Shown piece by piece: positions 18,595 through 27,936 of a stretch of DNA of 64,000 bases (positions are counted from its first letter, which is position 1; each line of letters opens with the position of its first letter). The translations under genes were made by a program, and so were the position numbers. The notes under the pieces are model-generated. The model saw nothing but the letters and a program-made list of their open reading frames with translations, was not told the DNA's origin and searched no databases. This DNA comes from an uncultured Flavobacteriales bacterium (GTDB lineage Bacteria; Bacteroidota; Bacteroidia; CAIKAF01): the NCBI GenBank assembly GCA_903825395.1, contig CAIKAF010000005.1:82755-146754 (forward strand). Reading direction: 5' to 3'.

Positions 18595-19962
18595 TTAATA
18601 ATGGCACTTGGAACATTCCAGTCCGCCAATTTTTTCAACGGTGAAGGCCTGCCCTTCGCGCATTTCGTATTCGCCTTTGTGCTCTTTATAGTATTGATGC
18701 AGGCGCTCGTAATAGCCGTTGGTGGCATATTGCACTTCGGTTTCCCGGTGGCAATTGATGCACCAGCCCATCGTCAATGGACTGTGCTGATACACTTCTT
18801 CCATTTCACCCACCTCGCCATGGCAGGTGGTGCATTCCACCTTACCCACTTTCACGTGTTGAGCGTGGTTAAAATAGGCATGGTCGGGCAGTTTATGGAT
18901 TTGTACCCATTCGATGTTCGACTGAATAAACGGCTCAACAGCGGCGGCCGCCTTTTCATCGCCCAAATAACTTCCATAGAAAGAGGCCAGTTCCTCTTTA
19001 TCCATCTTGGCGTAGTCTTTGAAGTATTCGTTCTTCTCCGGATTCCAACCTACGGCAGCATAAATCTTAGTGATTTCGTTTTTGCCATACTGAGGCCCTT
19101 CTTGCACCGCCTTGTGGCAATTCATACACACGTTGGCGGATGGAATGTTGGCGTGCCTTGACTTTTCAACGGTAGAGTGGCAGTATTGGCATTCAATTTT
19201 ATTTTGACCTACGTGCAATTTGTGTGAGAAGGCAATGGGTTGCTTGGGCTGATACCCCTCATACACTCCAATGGTATTTAAGGCTACAAAACCTTTGTAC
19301 GAAAGCGCTCCAACAAGAACGATGGCAATCACTGCCGTAATCCGTTTGTTTTTGGCCATCCAAGCCACGGTTTTTCCAACCACATTGATGCTTTCTTCTT
19401 GGATGGGCTCTTCGCCGGCCTTTTCGCGGCGCACATTTTCTAGGGCTTTAGAAACACTGTTCAGCGAGCGAGCCAAAATCAACAACACAACGGCCACACC
19501 TATCAGAATGTAGGTCAGAAGCGTATTGTCTCCGCCTCCGGTTTGACCGCCTTCTGCAGCGGCAGCGCCGTCGGTACTTGCCGTGGCGGGAGCTGCTTCT
19601 TCTCCTGGATCAGCGATGTAGGCTAAAATCGATTTAATTTCATCGTCCGACAATTGGAAGGCGGGCATCACAGACCCGTTGTATTCTTCGAACAACTTGG
19701 TAGCGTAGGAATCTCCGGTTTTCAGGTAATCCGATGAATTGCGAATCCAGGCCAATAAATTGCCTTCATCGCTCCAGCGGTCCTGTACTCCGGCCAAACC
19801 TGGCCCTACAAATCGTTTGTCGGTAACGTAGTGGCAGCGGGCGCAATTGGCTTTAAACAATTGCTTTCCTTGCTCTGCACTGACTTCGGCCCGCATATAA
19901 CTTGGTAGGGCAAGGATAAGTCCTACCAAAACAAGCCGGGCGTGGCGTAAAACATTCCTCAT
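18595..19962 (-). CDS. actA: Alternative complex III subunit ActA (multihaem cytochrome c, with extra N-terminal monohaem domain)
   Basis: There are six CxxCH motifs (CARCH, CQYCH, CMNCH, CTTCH, CINCH, CSKCH). The likely start is MRNVLRHARLVLVGLILALP at 19962, although the ORF as tracked begins at 20016. An internal TM helix and an Ala/Gly-rich linker separate the first haem domain from the pentahaem part. Confidence 0.85.
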   Translation of the reverse strand: MRNVLRHARLVLVGLILALPSYMRAEVSAEQGKQLFKANCARCHYVTDKRFVGPGLAGVQDRWSDEGNLLAWIRNSSDYLKTGDSYATKLFEEYNGSVMPAFQLSDDEIKSILAYIADPGEEAAPATASTDGAAAAEGGQTGGGDNTLLTYILIGVAVVLLILARSLNSVSKALENVRREKAGEEPIQEESINVVGKTVAWMAKNKRITAVIAIVLVGALSYKGFVALNTIGVYEGYQPKQPIAFSHKLHVGQNKIECQYCHSTVEKSRHANIPSANVCMNCHKAVQEGPQYGKNEITKIYAAVGWNPEKNEYFKDYAKMDKEELASFYGSYLGDEKAAAAVEPFIQSNIEWVQIHKLPDHAYFNHAQHVKVGKVECTTCHGEVGEMEEVYQHSPLTMGWCINCHRETEVQYATNGYYERLHQYYKEHKGEYEMREGQAFTVEKIGGLECSKCHY

Positions 19963-20242
19963 AGGAGTCGTGTATTGCTCTTTGTTAAAAAACCCTATTC
20001 TCTCAAGGTGGCACAAATTTAATCGAATTCGGATTTTCTAGGGCCTATTTCCTGCTTTTTTTATCCATTTCTTTTGATTGGAATTGTTCTAAATAAGAAC
20101 AGGGGGGCGGAAATTCGCGCAAAAACCTCTGAATATTAAAGGCTTACCTTCAAACGGAGGCAGCTGAATAGGGACGATTTTTTCTACCTATTCTTAGGTA
20201 TTGGCATGCCTAGATTTGGGGGTTGAGGGGGAATTGTATGGA

Positions 20243-20410
20243 TTTTGGGGGCGGCTGCGGGCTTTCTCAGCTAGTCGGCGGTTGGCGGAAGGCTGCCCCA
20301 GCGGGCTTGCGGTGGCTCCTAAAGTCGCCTCCGCGCCACGCGGGGCAGGCTCCGCCACCCTGCCGAGCTAGCTTGTTCAATCCCTGCCGCGGGCGTGGTG
20401 GAATCCACCT
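20243..20410 (+). repeat. GC-rich dispersed repeat, family 1, copy C
   Basis: gggcggctgcgggctttctcagctagtc…ggtggctcctaaagtcgcctccgcg…gcttgttcaatccctgccgcggg. Confidence 0.8.
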
Positions 20411-21121
20411 TTAGGTTGTTTTTTGATAAATCCCAATCAGGGATTTCCCAACTTGATTGAAGGTCAAGACGTCGGTAATTTTGGACAAGGGGATCAGGCC
20501 TTTATCCCAAAATTTAATGTTGGACTCGGTCGGGGTAGATTGCTTTAAAACGTATCGATTGGCCAGAGAAGCAAAAAAACCCATTGAATCCAGATAAAAC
20601 TCTTTCCTTCGAGTCATTCCTGTTGGAATTTCGCGCCTTAAGGCTTCACGATTGTACCTACGAAAATGCCCGATTTTCCGATCAAATTCACTGAAAAGAA
20701 AGGCGTACGCCGGTACCAATACAATTAAAAATCCCCCAGGTTTTAGTGCCTCTCTTGCGCGAATTAATTCTGCCGCAGCATCTTCAATGTGCTCGATAAC
20801 ATCAATGTACAATATGCTGTCGTAGCGGCCAGATACATCTGCGATAGTTCCCGTAACCACACTCAGGTCTCCTTCAAAATTAAGACCTTGTATGGAAATT
20901 TGAGCGGTCTGATTGGGGTCTGGCTCCAACAGGGTTATGCTTTTAATTCCTCGTCCCGCCCTCAAAATAAATTCCGTGTTTACTCCTATGCCAGCCCCAA
21001 CCTCTAAAACGTCGCCGCTTATGCATTCACCTATTTTTGACGAAAAGTAGGCTTTCCAATTCCTAGCGCTTTTGAACAACCCAAGTTCATTCCCTACATA
21101 TGGGATTTCAGTTGCATTCAT
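20411..21121 (-). CDS. Class I SAM-dependent methyltransferase
   Basis: SAM-binding motif I reads VLEVGAGIGVNTEF, and the protein is 236 aa. Confidence 0.7.
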   Translation of the reverse strand: MNATEIPYVGNELGLFKSARNWKAYFSSKIGECISGDVLEVGAGIGVNTEFILRAGRGIKSITLLEPDPNQTAQISIQGLNFEGDLSVVTGTIADVSGRYDSILYIDVIEHIEDAAAELIRAREALKPGGFLIVLVPAYAFLFSEFDRKIGHFRRYNREALRREIPTGMTRRKEFYLDSMGFFASLANRYVLKQSTPTESNIKFWDKGLIPLSKITDVLTFNQVGKSLIGIYQKTT

Positions 21122-21164
21122 TGCTTCGAATAAAAGCCCAGATTGTCAATTGACTTTAGGTTCA

Positions 21165-21959
21165 TCACTGATACCTCAACTCCATATCAATGGGCAGCAA
21201 ATCTCCCGGATCCAATTCGTTCAAATCTGCCAAGGCCTGGGCATCCATACCAAACTGCCTGGCCAAGCGAATCAAATCGTCGCCCGGCATCACCCGGTAA
21301 AACTTTTCGCCATTCTTCACTTTTAGCACCTGGTTCTTTCTGTACAATTCCGCCACTTCAAATCGAACCTGACCGGACTCAAAATCAATCACCAAAGAGG
21401 GATCCATGGGCAATCCCAAGTAACGCACCTCAAAATGCAGGTGAGAACCAAAAGACCTTCCAGTATTGCCTCCCAGACCCAACCAAGTTCCCGCTTGCAG
21501 GTAATCGCCCGGCTTCACGCCCAAATAATCCAAATGAGCATAATAGGTTTCCAATCCGTTGCTGTGCCTCAATACCACCAAATTGCCATAGGATGAATTG
21601 TAGCCGGCATACCGAACCATTCCCTCGAACGCAGCCACCACCGTATCGCCCGTATTCAAGTCCAAATCAATGCCGTAATGCATCCGGCGCCAACGCCGAC
21701 CAAATCCGCTGGTTACGGCACCTTGCACCGGCGAATGAAAATCGCAAGACGCCCGCATCAAGGCCACCGGAGACAATTGACCCTCGGCTAAAGTTGGTCC
21801 GCTGTAGTGGATTTCTTCCGGATTCCAATCCAGATACAAGTGGCTGGCTGGCACCTTTTTCTCCTCCGCCGGCGGACCAGCAGGAGGTTCCCCCGCCCAC
21901 ATGTGCAGCGGAAACAGAAGAAGTCCAATAAATTGTACAGCCTTTTGCATGGGGGGCAA
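21165..21959 (-). CDS. M23 family metallopeptidase with C-terminal LysM-like domain
   Basis: The M23 motifs are HYGIDLD…GNTGRSFGSHLHFEV. There is an N-terminal signal, and the C-terminal region YRVMPGDDLIRLARQFGMDAQALADLN is LysM-like. Confidence 0.8.
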   Translation of the reverse strand: MPPMQKAVQFIGLLLFPLHMWAGEPPAGPPAEEKKVPASHLYLDWNPEEIHYSGPTLAEGQLSPVALMRASCDFHSPVQGAVTSGFGRRWRRMHYGIDLDLNTGDTVVAAFEGMVRYAGYNSSYGNLVVLRHSNGLETYYAHLDYLGVKPGDYLQAGTWLGLGGNTGRSFGSHLHFEVRYLGLPMDPSLVIDFESGQVRFEVAELYRKNQVLKVKNGEKFYRVMPGDDLIRLARQFGMDAQALADLNELDPGDLLPIDMELRYQ

Positions 21960-21967
21960 AGGTAAAA

Positions 21968-23110
21968 TTAATCTTTCAGTTCGTTGCGAGAAATAACTAA
22001 TTTTTGGATTTCAGAGGTGCCTTCGCCGATGGTACACAGCTTAGAATCCCGGTAAAATTTCTCGACCGGGAAGTCTTTGGTGTACCCATAACCCCCAAAA
22101 ATCTGAATGGCATCGGTAGCCACTTTTACGCAAACCTCCGAAGCGTAATACTTGGCCATGGCCGAAGTCGTAGTGACTGGCAGGCCTTTGTTTTTAAGGT
22201 CGGCAGCCTTTAAGGTCAATAGCTCTGCCGCTTCAATCTCGGTTGCCATATCGGCCAACTTAAACGAAATGGCCTGAAAATTAGCAATGGGCTGCCCAAA
22301 CTGTTCCCGTTCTTTGGCATATTTAATGGAAGCCTCAAAGGCTCCTTTGGCAATGCCAAGGGAAAGGGCCGCGATGGAAATCCGGCCGCCGTCCAAAATT
22401 TTCATGGCCTGCCGAAAGCCTTGGCCAACCTCTCCCAAAATCTGGCTTTTATGCACCCGGCAATTCTCGAAAATCAGTTCGGCCGTTTCAGAACTGCGCA
22501 TACCCAACTTGTTCTCTTTTTTTCCTCCGGAAAAACCGGGTGTTCCTCGTTCAACAACAAAAGCTGTGATTCCATCGGAATCCAGCAATTCGCCGGTACG
22601 CACCAACACCACCGCCACATCGCCAGAAATGCCATGGGTAATCCAATTTTTGGTGCCATTGATTACCCAATATTCTCCATCTTGAACCGCAGTGCAGCGC
22701 ATGCGCATGGCATCCGATCCGGTATTGGCTTCGGTTAGACCCCAAGCGCCAATCCATTCGGCCGTAGCCAACTTAGGAAGGTATTTTTGTTTTTGTTCTT
22801 CGTTGCCGAACATCATAATATGTCCTGTGCACAATGAATTGTGGGCGGCCATCGATAGTCCTACCGAACCGCAGACCTTCGCCAATTCCACAATGGCTGT
22901 GACATATTCTTCATAGCCCAGTCCGGCTCCGCCGTAAGATTCAGGCACCAGCACTCCCATTAGGCCCAATTCGCCCATTTTCTTAAAGGTTTCAAGGGGA
23001 AAATGTTGAGCTTCATCCCATTCCATTACGTAGGGACGGACTTCTTTTTCGGCAAAATCGCGCACCATTTGGGCGATCATGGCTTGGTTTTCGCTGGGAC
23101 TAAAATTCAT
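21968..23110 (-). CDS. Acyl-CoA dehydrogenase (short/medium-chain type)
   Basis: Protein is 380 aa with ACAD signature blocks ([58 protein letters not shown]). Confidence 0.9.
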   Translation of the reverse strand: MNFSPSENQAMIAQMVRDFAEKEVRPYVMEWDEAQHFPLETFKKMGELGLMGVLVPESYGGAGLGYEEYVTAIVELAKVCGSVGLSMAAHNSLCTGHIMMFGNEEQKQKYLPKLATAEWIGAWGLTEANTGSDAMRMRCTAVQDGEYWVINGTKNWITHGISGDVAVVLVRTGELLDSDGITAFVVERGTPGFSGGKKENKLGMRSSETAELIFENCRVHKSQILGEVGQGFRQAMKILDGGRISIAALSLGIAKGAFEASIKYAKEREQFGQPIANFQAISFKLADMATEIEAAELLTLKAADLKNKGLPVTTTSAMAKYYASEVCVKVATDAIQIFGGYGYTKDFPVEKFYRDSKLCTIGEGTSEIQKLVISRNELKD

Positions 23111-23199
23111 ACTGTTCGGGTGTTATTGTCGGTTTCCTGACCGCGCGAAGTTAGTATTTTTTGAGTAGAATAAACGGAGCTGAAGCGGGATTGTTTAGC

Positions 23200-24048
23200 C
23201 TATTTAACATAGGTTTTAAGCCAGCGAATTTCTTCCGTATTCAATCCCAGTTCTCTACAGATGGTTTCTGAGGGCATTTTTTCGCCGGTTTCATTTCGCC
23301 ATTTCAGCAACCGCACCTGTTGCCTGCGCTTTAAAAACCAGATTTGCTCCAATTCAGGATACCAAATGTAGGCAAAGGCTCTTGGGCTGGGCGAAGGCAA
23401 ATGAGGAATATACTTTTGAATGCCGGCCAGGCGCAGGGAATCCATGCCGGGCAAGCGAAGCCATTCCGACCAATCTGCCCAGCCGCCCCAGATGCGCAGG
23501 TGATTCAAAATCTTCCGAGCGCTTGCGGGGCCCAGTCCGGGGACCTTCAGCAAATCCAGAGAATCGGCAGAGCGTAAATCCAGGACTTGAATGGGGCGAA
23601 GTGGCATCGCTGTCCGCGTTTCCTCCTTCATTTCCCATTGATTTTGATTTGGAAAGCGCAGGCGGATTTTCAGTTCCCGCTTCAAGGATTCGGGAAGTAC
23701 CGCCAGCTTTTCTAGTTTTTCTGCGGTATTTAGCCAGCCTTGTTCTTGCCATCGATGGGCGAGTGCGGCTTGGGCGGGGGAGAGCCCCATGCTCTGCCAG
23801 TCCTGCAAGCTCAGGGATTGAATATCCGTTCCCATTTCCGGGAATTGAACAAGCCCAGACCTGGAATTCCATGGTTTCCGATGTACCTCTGCCGTCCATT
23901 CCCAACCGGGCGGCAGGGCCTCTAGGGTATAGCTCAGCTTCGGCGGTGGCTCGGCGGAACGAAACAGAAAAGGACTTATGCCCCGCAACACGAGGAAAAG
24001 CAGTAGGGCACCGAGGGCGGGGGCCAAATCTGATTTCAACATATTCAT
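23200..24048 (-). CDS. Membrane-anchored helix-hairpin-helix (ComEA-like) protein, uncertain
   Basis: It has an N-terminal TM helix and an HhH motif LDLLKVPGLGPASARKIL. This frame reads like a real protein, while the alternative overlapping frames are Arg/Pro-rich low-complexity. Confidence 0.45.
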   Translation of the reverse strand: MNMLKSDLAPALGALLLFLVLRGISPFLFRSAEPPPKLSYTLEALPPGWEWTAEVHRKPWNSRSGLVQFPEMGTDIQSLSLQDWQSMGLSPAQAALAHRWQEQGWLNTAEKLEKLAVLPESLKRELKIRLRFPNQNQWEMKEETRTAMPLRPIQVLDLRSADSLDLLKVPGLGPASARKILNHLRIWGGWADWSEWLRLPGMDSLRLAGIQKYIPHLPSPSPRAFAYIWYPELEQIWFLKRRQQVRLLKWRNETGEKMPSETICRELGLNTEEIRWLKTYVK

Positions 24049-24171
24049 GAGGCAAAGTTCGGGGAAGAAAGAAAATTAGTCGTTTGGTAAACGGATAATT
24101 GAGTGAGATGGCCCTACTGCAAGGGATTGAGCCGCAGCTGAATTGTCAGAAAAGTGTTGGGCTATAGGACA

Positions 24172-24332
24172 TTGCGGGAGGGATTGACGGAGCTAGCCCA
24201 CAGGCTCGGGGCGGCAGGCAGTGCGCGCGCCAAAGAGCGACCTTGGGAGCTACTTTGGTGCCGCTGCTGCCCCGCTCCAAGCCGAGGACTAGCTCGGAAA
24301 GCCCGTTTCCCGCCCAAAAAATCCAAAAAACA
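24172..24332 (-). repeat. GC-rich dispersed repeat, family 1, copy D (inverted)
   Basis: gggattgacggagctagcccacaggctcgg…gaaagcccgtttcccgcccaaaaaatcc parallels copy B. Confidence 0.75.
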
Positions 24333-24370
24333 AGACAGAAACCATCTGCATTTTGGGGTATATTTGAGCT

Positions 24371-24997
24371 GTGAAGGATTTTCGGCCTGTATTTGAGCGT
24401 GGATTGCGGCCCTATGTGCCGCCGGCTGCGCTGCCTGTGCTGTTGGAGTGGTTTGGTGCCGGTCAGTTGCAATTGAAAATAACGCGGCCGCGCAACAGTA
24501 AGTTGGGCGATTATCGGCCGGCGCAGCCCAAACTGGGCTTAGTGGCGCCCCGCATCAGCATCAATGGGAACCTGAATGCCTATTCGTTTTTGGTGACGCT
24601 GACGCATGAATATGCGCACCATTTGATTTGGGAAAAATATGGGGCGAAAGCGCGGGCCCACGGGCCGGAATGGCAGCAGGCCTTCCGCGATTTAATCAAT
24701 TTGTTTTTGGGCAGTGGTGTTTTTCCGAATGAGATTGAAAATCAACTGGTTATGTCTATGGCCCGGGCCAAGGCCAGCACCTGTGCCGACCCGGATTTGT
24801 ACAAGGCCTTGCGGAACTACGATGCGACGCCTGTTTTACACTTGGAGGATTTGCCGGAGGGCAGCAGCTTTGAATTGGCCAATGGGCGCGCGTTCAAAAA
24901 GGGGCCGCTGCGCCGCAATCGGTTTTTGTGCAAGGAGTTGAAAACGGGACTGGAGTATAGTGTGGCGGGGTTGGCGGCGGTTAGGTTGTTGGGGTAG
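24371..24997 (+). CDS. SprT-like zinc-metallopeptidase domain protein
   Basis: It has an HExxH motif (LTHEYAHHLIW) in a SprT-like context, and the protein is 208 aa. Confidence 0.65.
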   Translation: MKDFRPVFERGLRPYVPPAALPVLLEWFGAGQLQLKITRPRNSKLGDYRPAQPKLGLVAPRISINGNLNAYSFLVTLTHEYAHHLIWEKYGAKARAHGPEWQQAFRDLINLFLGSGVFPNEIENQLVMSMARAKASTCADPDLYKALRNYDATPVLHLEDLPEGSSFELANGRAFKKGPLRRNRFLCKELKTGLEYSVAGLAAVRLLG

Positions 24998-25165
24998 AAA
25001 CAAAGCCACAATTGTTGATTTATTATTGAACCACGTATAAATTCAATTCGGCTTACAATTTACTACATGGGCCAGGCTGGATTACATTCTCTTACATTCC
25101 TTGAAGCCTATTAAATCTTTGGAGTCGTGCGAAAACAGTACATTTAGCCTCCAATAATTTAAAGT

Positions 25166-26431
25166 ATGGAGCCTTTTTTCCTTCGTTTTAAAAACGCTAT
25201 TTCAAGGCAGCCAACGGTAATGCTGATTTGGTTAATTAGCATATTGGTTTTGATTCCAAAGGGGGTTTTTTCCGCTGAGGGGATTGGGCTTGATCCTTCC
25301 TGGGGTATTGGATTGAATTTAATTAAAAATATTGATTTGATTTGGGGGGAAGATGTTGTTTTTACGTATGGGCCTTTAGGGTATTTAATTACGCAACTGC
25401 CGGTTTTTCAAAATAAAATTTTCATCGTTTTATTTTTTTCATTGAGAATCGGGATTGCCTCGTATGTTCTATTGTATATTTTTAAGGGCTTGCCATCTAA
25501 AATAGGTGCATTTTTAATTTTTCCCCTTTTGCTTTTGACGGGAGATTTTTTTTTCTGGTCAGATTCGATAACCACATTCTACCTTTTTTCATTCTGTATT
25601 TTTCATCATTATAAACACTCTAGCAAAATATTCTTGCCAATCGCGGGGGTTTTTGCTCTGGTGTCCTTTTTCGCAAAAGCAAATACGGGTTTAATTTGCG
25701 GGGGGACATTTCTTTTTTATTTAGGATATTTAACTGTCCTGAAAAGGTTGCGTTTCCTTTCCTTTATTCTTTCCGTTATTGGATATGTGGTCGCCACTTA
25801 TTTTCTAGGCCTCGCCATCAACGTAAATTTACTGGACTACATAATAAACAGTTTGCATATTATAAATGGCTACAATGAGGCAATGGCAATCCCTATTTCG
25901 AGCTTATTTCATCCCATGTTGGCCGTCCTATTTATGTTTTTAATTTTAGTTGCCGTAATTCTTGGATGGGTCAAGGAACGTGCTAATGTTTACTCCATCT
26001 TGTTCTTTTTATTCATGGCCTTTTCTCTTTTTCTATTGTTTAAGCAATCCTTTGTCCGAGCCGACGACCATATTTCCGTATTTTTCTATGCCTTTCCCTA
26101 TTATTTATTGTTCGGTTATTTGTTTTGCAACCATGATTTTTCCAAGAAAATCCTTTGGACGTTTTTCCCTTTTGTCGTTTTATTTTCCATCCATGCTCTT
26201 TCGCTGGACCCCGGCAGTACTATCGAACGGTTAATTGGGTCAAGGGTATTTAAAAGCGGCTCGGCGATTGAAGCGAGTGGAAAGGATTTGCGGCTACTTC
26301 CAGCGCACATTTTAAAACGAATTGGAAAGCAGGGCGTTGATGTGGTGGGATCGGAAATCTCGATTGTTCACTACAATAATTTAAACTACAATCCCAGGCC
26401 GGTATTTCAATCTTATTCAGCCTATAATTAA
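25166..26431 (+). CDS. Polytopic membrane protein (about 12 TM), N-terminal part of a possible 610-aa GT-C/polymerase-like protein interrupted by an in-frame TAA
   Basis: The 421 aa are highly hydrophobic. The ORF ends at a TAA at 26429–26431, and the reading frame continues without further stops into the next ORF, which is in the same frame. Confidence 0.55.
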   Translation: MEPFFLRFKNAISRQPTVMLIWLISILVLIPKGVFSAEGIGLDPSWGIGLNLIKNIDLIWGEDVVFTYGPLGYLITQLPVFQNKIFIVLFFSLRIGIASYVLLYIFKGLPSKIGAFLIFPLLLLTGDFFFWSDSITTFYLFSFCIFHHYKHSSKIFLPIAGVFALVSFFAKANTGLICGGTFLFYLGYLTVLKRLRFLSFILSVIGYVVATYFLGLAINVNLLDYIINSLHIINGYNEAMAIPISSLFHPMLAVLFMFLILVAVILGWVKERANVYSILFFLFMAFSLFLLFKQSFVRADDHISVFFYAFPYYLLFGYLFCNHDFSKKILWTFFPFVVLFSIHALSLDPGSTIERLIGSRVFKSGSAIEASGKDLRLLPAHILKRIGKQGVDVVGSEISIVHYNNLNYNPRPVFQSYSAYN

Positions 26432-26488
26432 CCCCTTGCACAATTAAATGCTGCGGCATATAACAGCGCCAAGGGACCCGAGGTAGTA

Positions 26489-27058
26489 TTGTTTCATTTT
26501 GGCAGCATAGACCGAAGGCATCCCTTTTGGGATGAACCCTTGTTATTGAAAACGCTGCAATCGCATTATGAAGTGGTAGATAGCTTTCGAATTTCGAATA
26601 CAAATGGACCTGCTTGGGCGGATTTAGGGCCGATTCTTTATTTTCAAAAACGAAAGCGACCACTAAAACCATTGGAACCCCTGATTTTAGATACCAACAT
26701 TTCCCTGAATTCCACTTTTCATTTGCCGGCCTTTGAAGGTTCTGCATTTGCAGAAATCCATTTAAGTCCATCCGTTATGGGTAAAGTCAGAAAAACGTTG
26801 TTCCAACCATCCTTGCCTGAAATTGAGATGATTTATGCTGATGGAAAGGTTTCGAAATTTGTTTTAATACCCGGCATTGCAAAATTGGGTGTGCCGATTC
26901 ACACCAAGTTGGAAAATGTGGGAGATGCCATGCGTTTTTTTACTGGCGAACAGGCAGCGGGCGCGAATAAAACTCTTGCTTTTAAAATTACCGGACAAGC
27001 GAAATACATTAAACAGGAGGTGCGCGTCGTTTTACGCAGGTTTATTGTGCGAGAGTGA
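26489..27058 (+). CDS. Soluble domain protein, possibly the C-terminal part of the preceding membrane protein
   Basis: It is in the same frame as 25166..26431, and the 57 nt between them contain no stop other than the single TAA. The 189 hydrophilic aa fit a periplasmic domain. Confidence 0.45.
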   Translation: MFHFGSIDRRHPFWDEPLLLKTLQSHYEVVDSFRISNTNGPAWADLGPILYFQKRKRPLKPLEPLILDTNISLNSTFHLPAFEGSAFAEIHLSPSVMGKVRKTLFQPSLPEIEMIYADGKVSKFVLIPGIAKLGVPIHTKLENVGDAMRFFTGEQAAGANKTLAFKITGQAKYIKQEVRVVLRRFIVRE

Positions 27059-27063
27059 GACCA

Positions 27064-27828
27064 TTAAGTCTGTTTTTTCAGCAAGTATAATCGGCAGGAG
27101 GAGCCCAATTTTTTTGCCAGTGCCTGGCGAAAGGATATAGACCAAGAACTGGCACGAAGCATATAACCGGTGTAGAAAAGTCCCACAGGGCGACTTTCTT
27201 TAACTACAAATCCATGCCTGGCAAAGTTCTTATGCCAGAATGCTGAACTAAAAAAATACAGCTCTGTTATGATGTTTCCCCGTTCTCCATGCAGTTCCGG
27301 CCAAAAATGGCGGAACAAAGTACGCAGAACCAAACCCGGCCTGCGAATCAATGTAGAGCGGCTATACAAATGGTTGTTGCGCAATACCCCCAACGGGTGC
27401 ACCATGCTGGTCCAAAACCGCCAAGATGTAGTGGGTAAAATGTGCAGAACAAGGCCTCCGGGTTTGAGGACCCGCTGGATTTCGGCATGCATGCCGCTTA
27501 GATCGGCTACATGCTCCATTACATTTGAACTGAACACCACATCAAAATGGGCGTCAGGAAAGGGGATGTGCTGGCCGTCGTAGGGCAAAACCGGGAATTC
27601 CTGATGAACAAAGTATTCAGTACTTGGGATATCAATGGCAGAAACTGAAAAGCCTTGGTCGCTAAGTTGCTTGGCCTGCCAACCGGCGCCGGCACCCAGT
27701 TCAAGCAAATTGGCACCTTTGGGAAGATGGTCTATGGCCCTATTTAATTCAAAGTGGCGGATTTGCCGTAAAAAGGAAAAGTCAATCATAACTACAAAGG
27801 TCTGATTTTGATTGAATACGGGGAACAT
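27064..27828 (-). CDS. Class I SAM-dependent methyltransferase (Methyltransf_11-like)
   Basis: Motif I reads LLELGAGAGWQAKQLS and the post-I motif reads VLKPGGLVLHILP. Confidence 0.75.
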   Translation of the reverse strand: MFPVFNQNQTFVVMIDFSFLRQIRHFELNRAIDHLPKGANLLELGAGAGWQAKQLSDQGFSVSAIDIPSTEYFVHQEFPVLPYDGQHIPFPDAHFDVVFSSNVMEHVADLSGMHAEIQRVLKPGGLVLHILPTTSWRFWTSMVHPLGVLRNNHLYSRSTLIRRPGLVLRTLFRHFWPELHGERGNIITELYFFSSAFWHKNFARHGFVVKESRPVGLFYTGYMLRASSWSISFRQALAKKLGSSCRLYLLKKQT

Positions 27829-27936
27829 TCAACTTTTAAAAAAACGGTGACATTTTAAATTCACTTTTTTTTGCTGCATAAAAAATTGAAAAATAGACGT
27901 AGCTTAGCTGTGAATTTAAACTAAGAATTTATTCAA

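Noticed and set aside
20223-20414. 63-aa ORF inside repeat copy C, and similarly 40022..40339 inside copy E
   Set aside because: They are encoded entirely by the dispersed repeat, and the 'protein' is the same Arg/Pro/Gly-rich translation seen at the other copies. They are repeat artefacts.
21143-21931. 262-aa ORF on plus strand
   Set aside because: It is antisense to the well-supported M23 peptidase gene. It is Pro/Ser/Arg-rich low-complexity with no motifs.
23354-24055. Alternative frames 23354..24055(-) and 23382..24050(+) overlapping the HhH-protein ORF
   Set aside because: Both are Arg/Pro/Gly-rich with no recognisable motifs. The 23200..24048(-) frame has a TM helix plus a clean HhH motif and normal composition.
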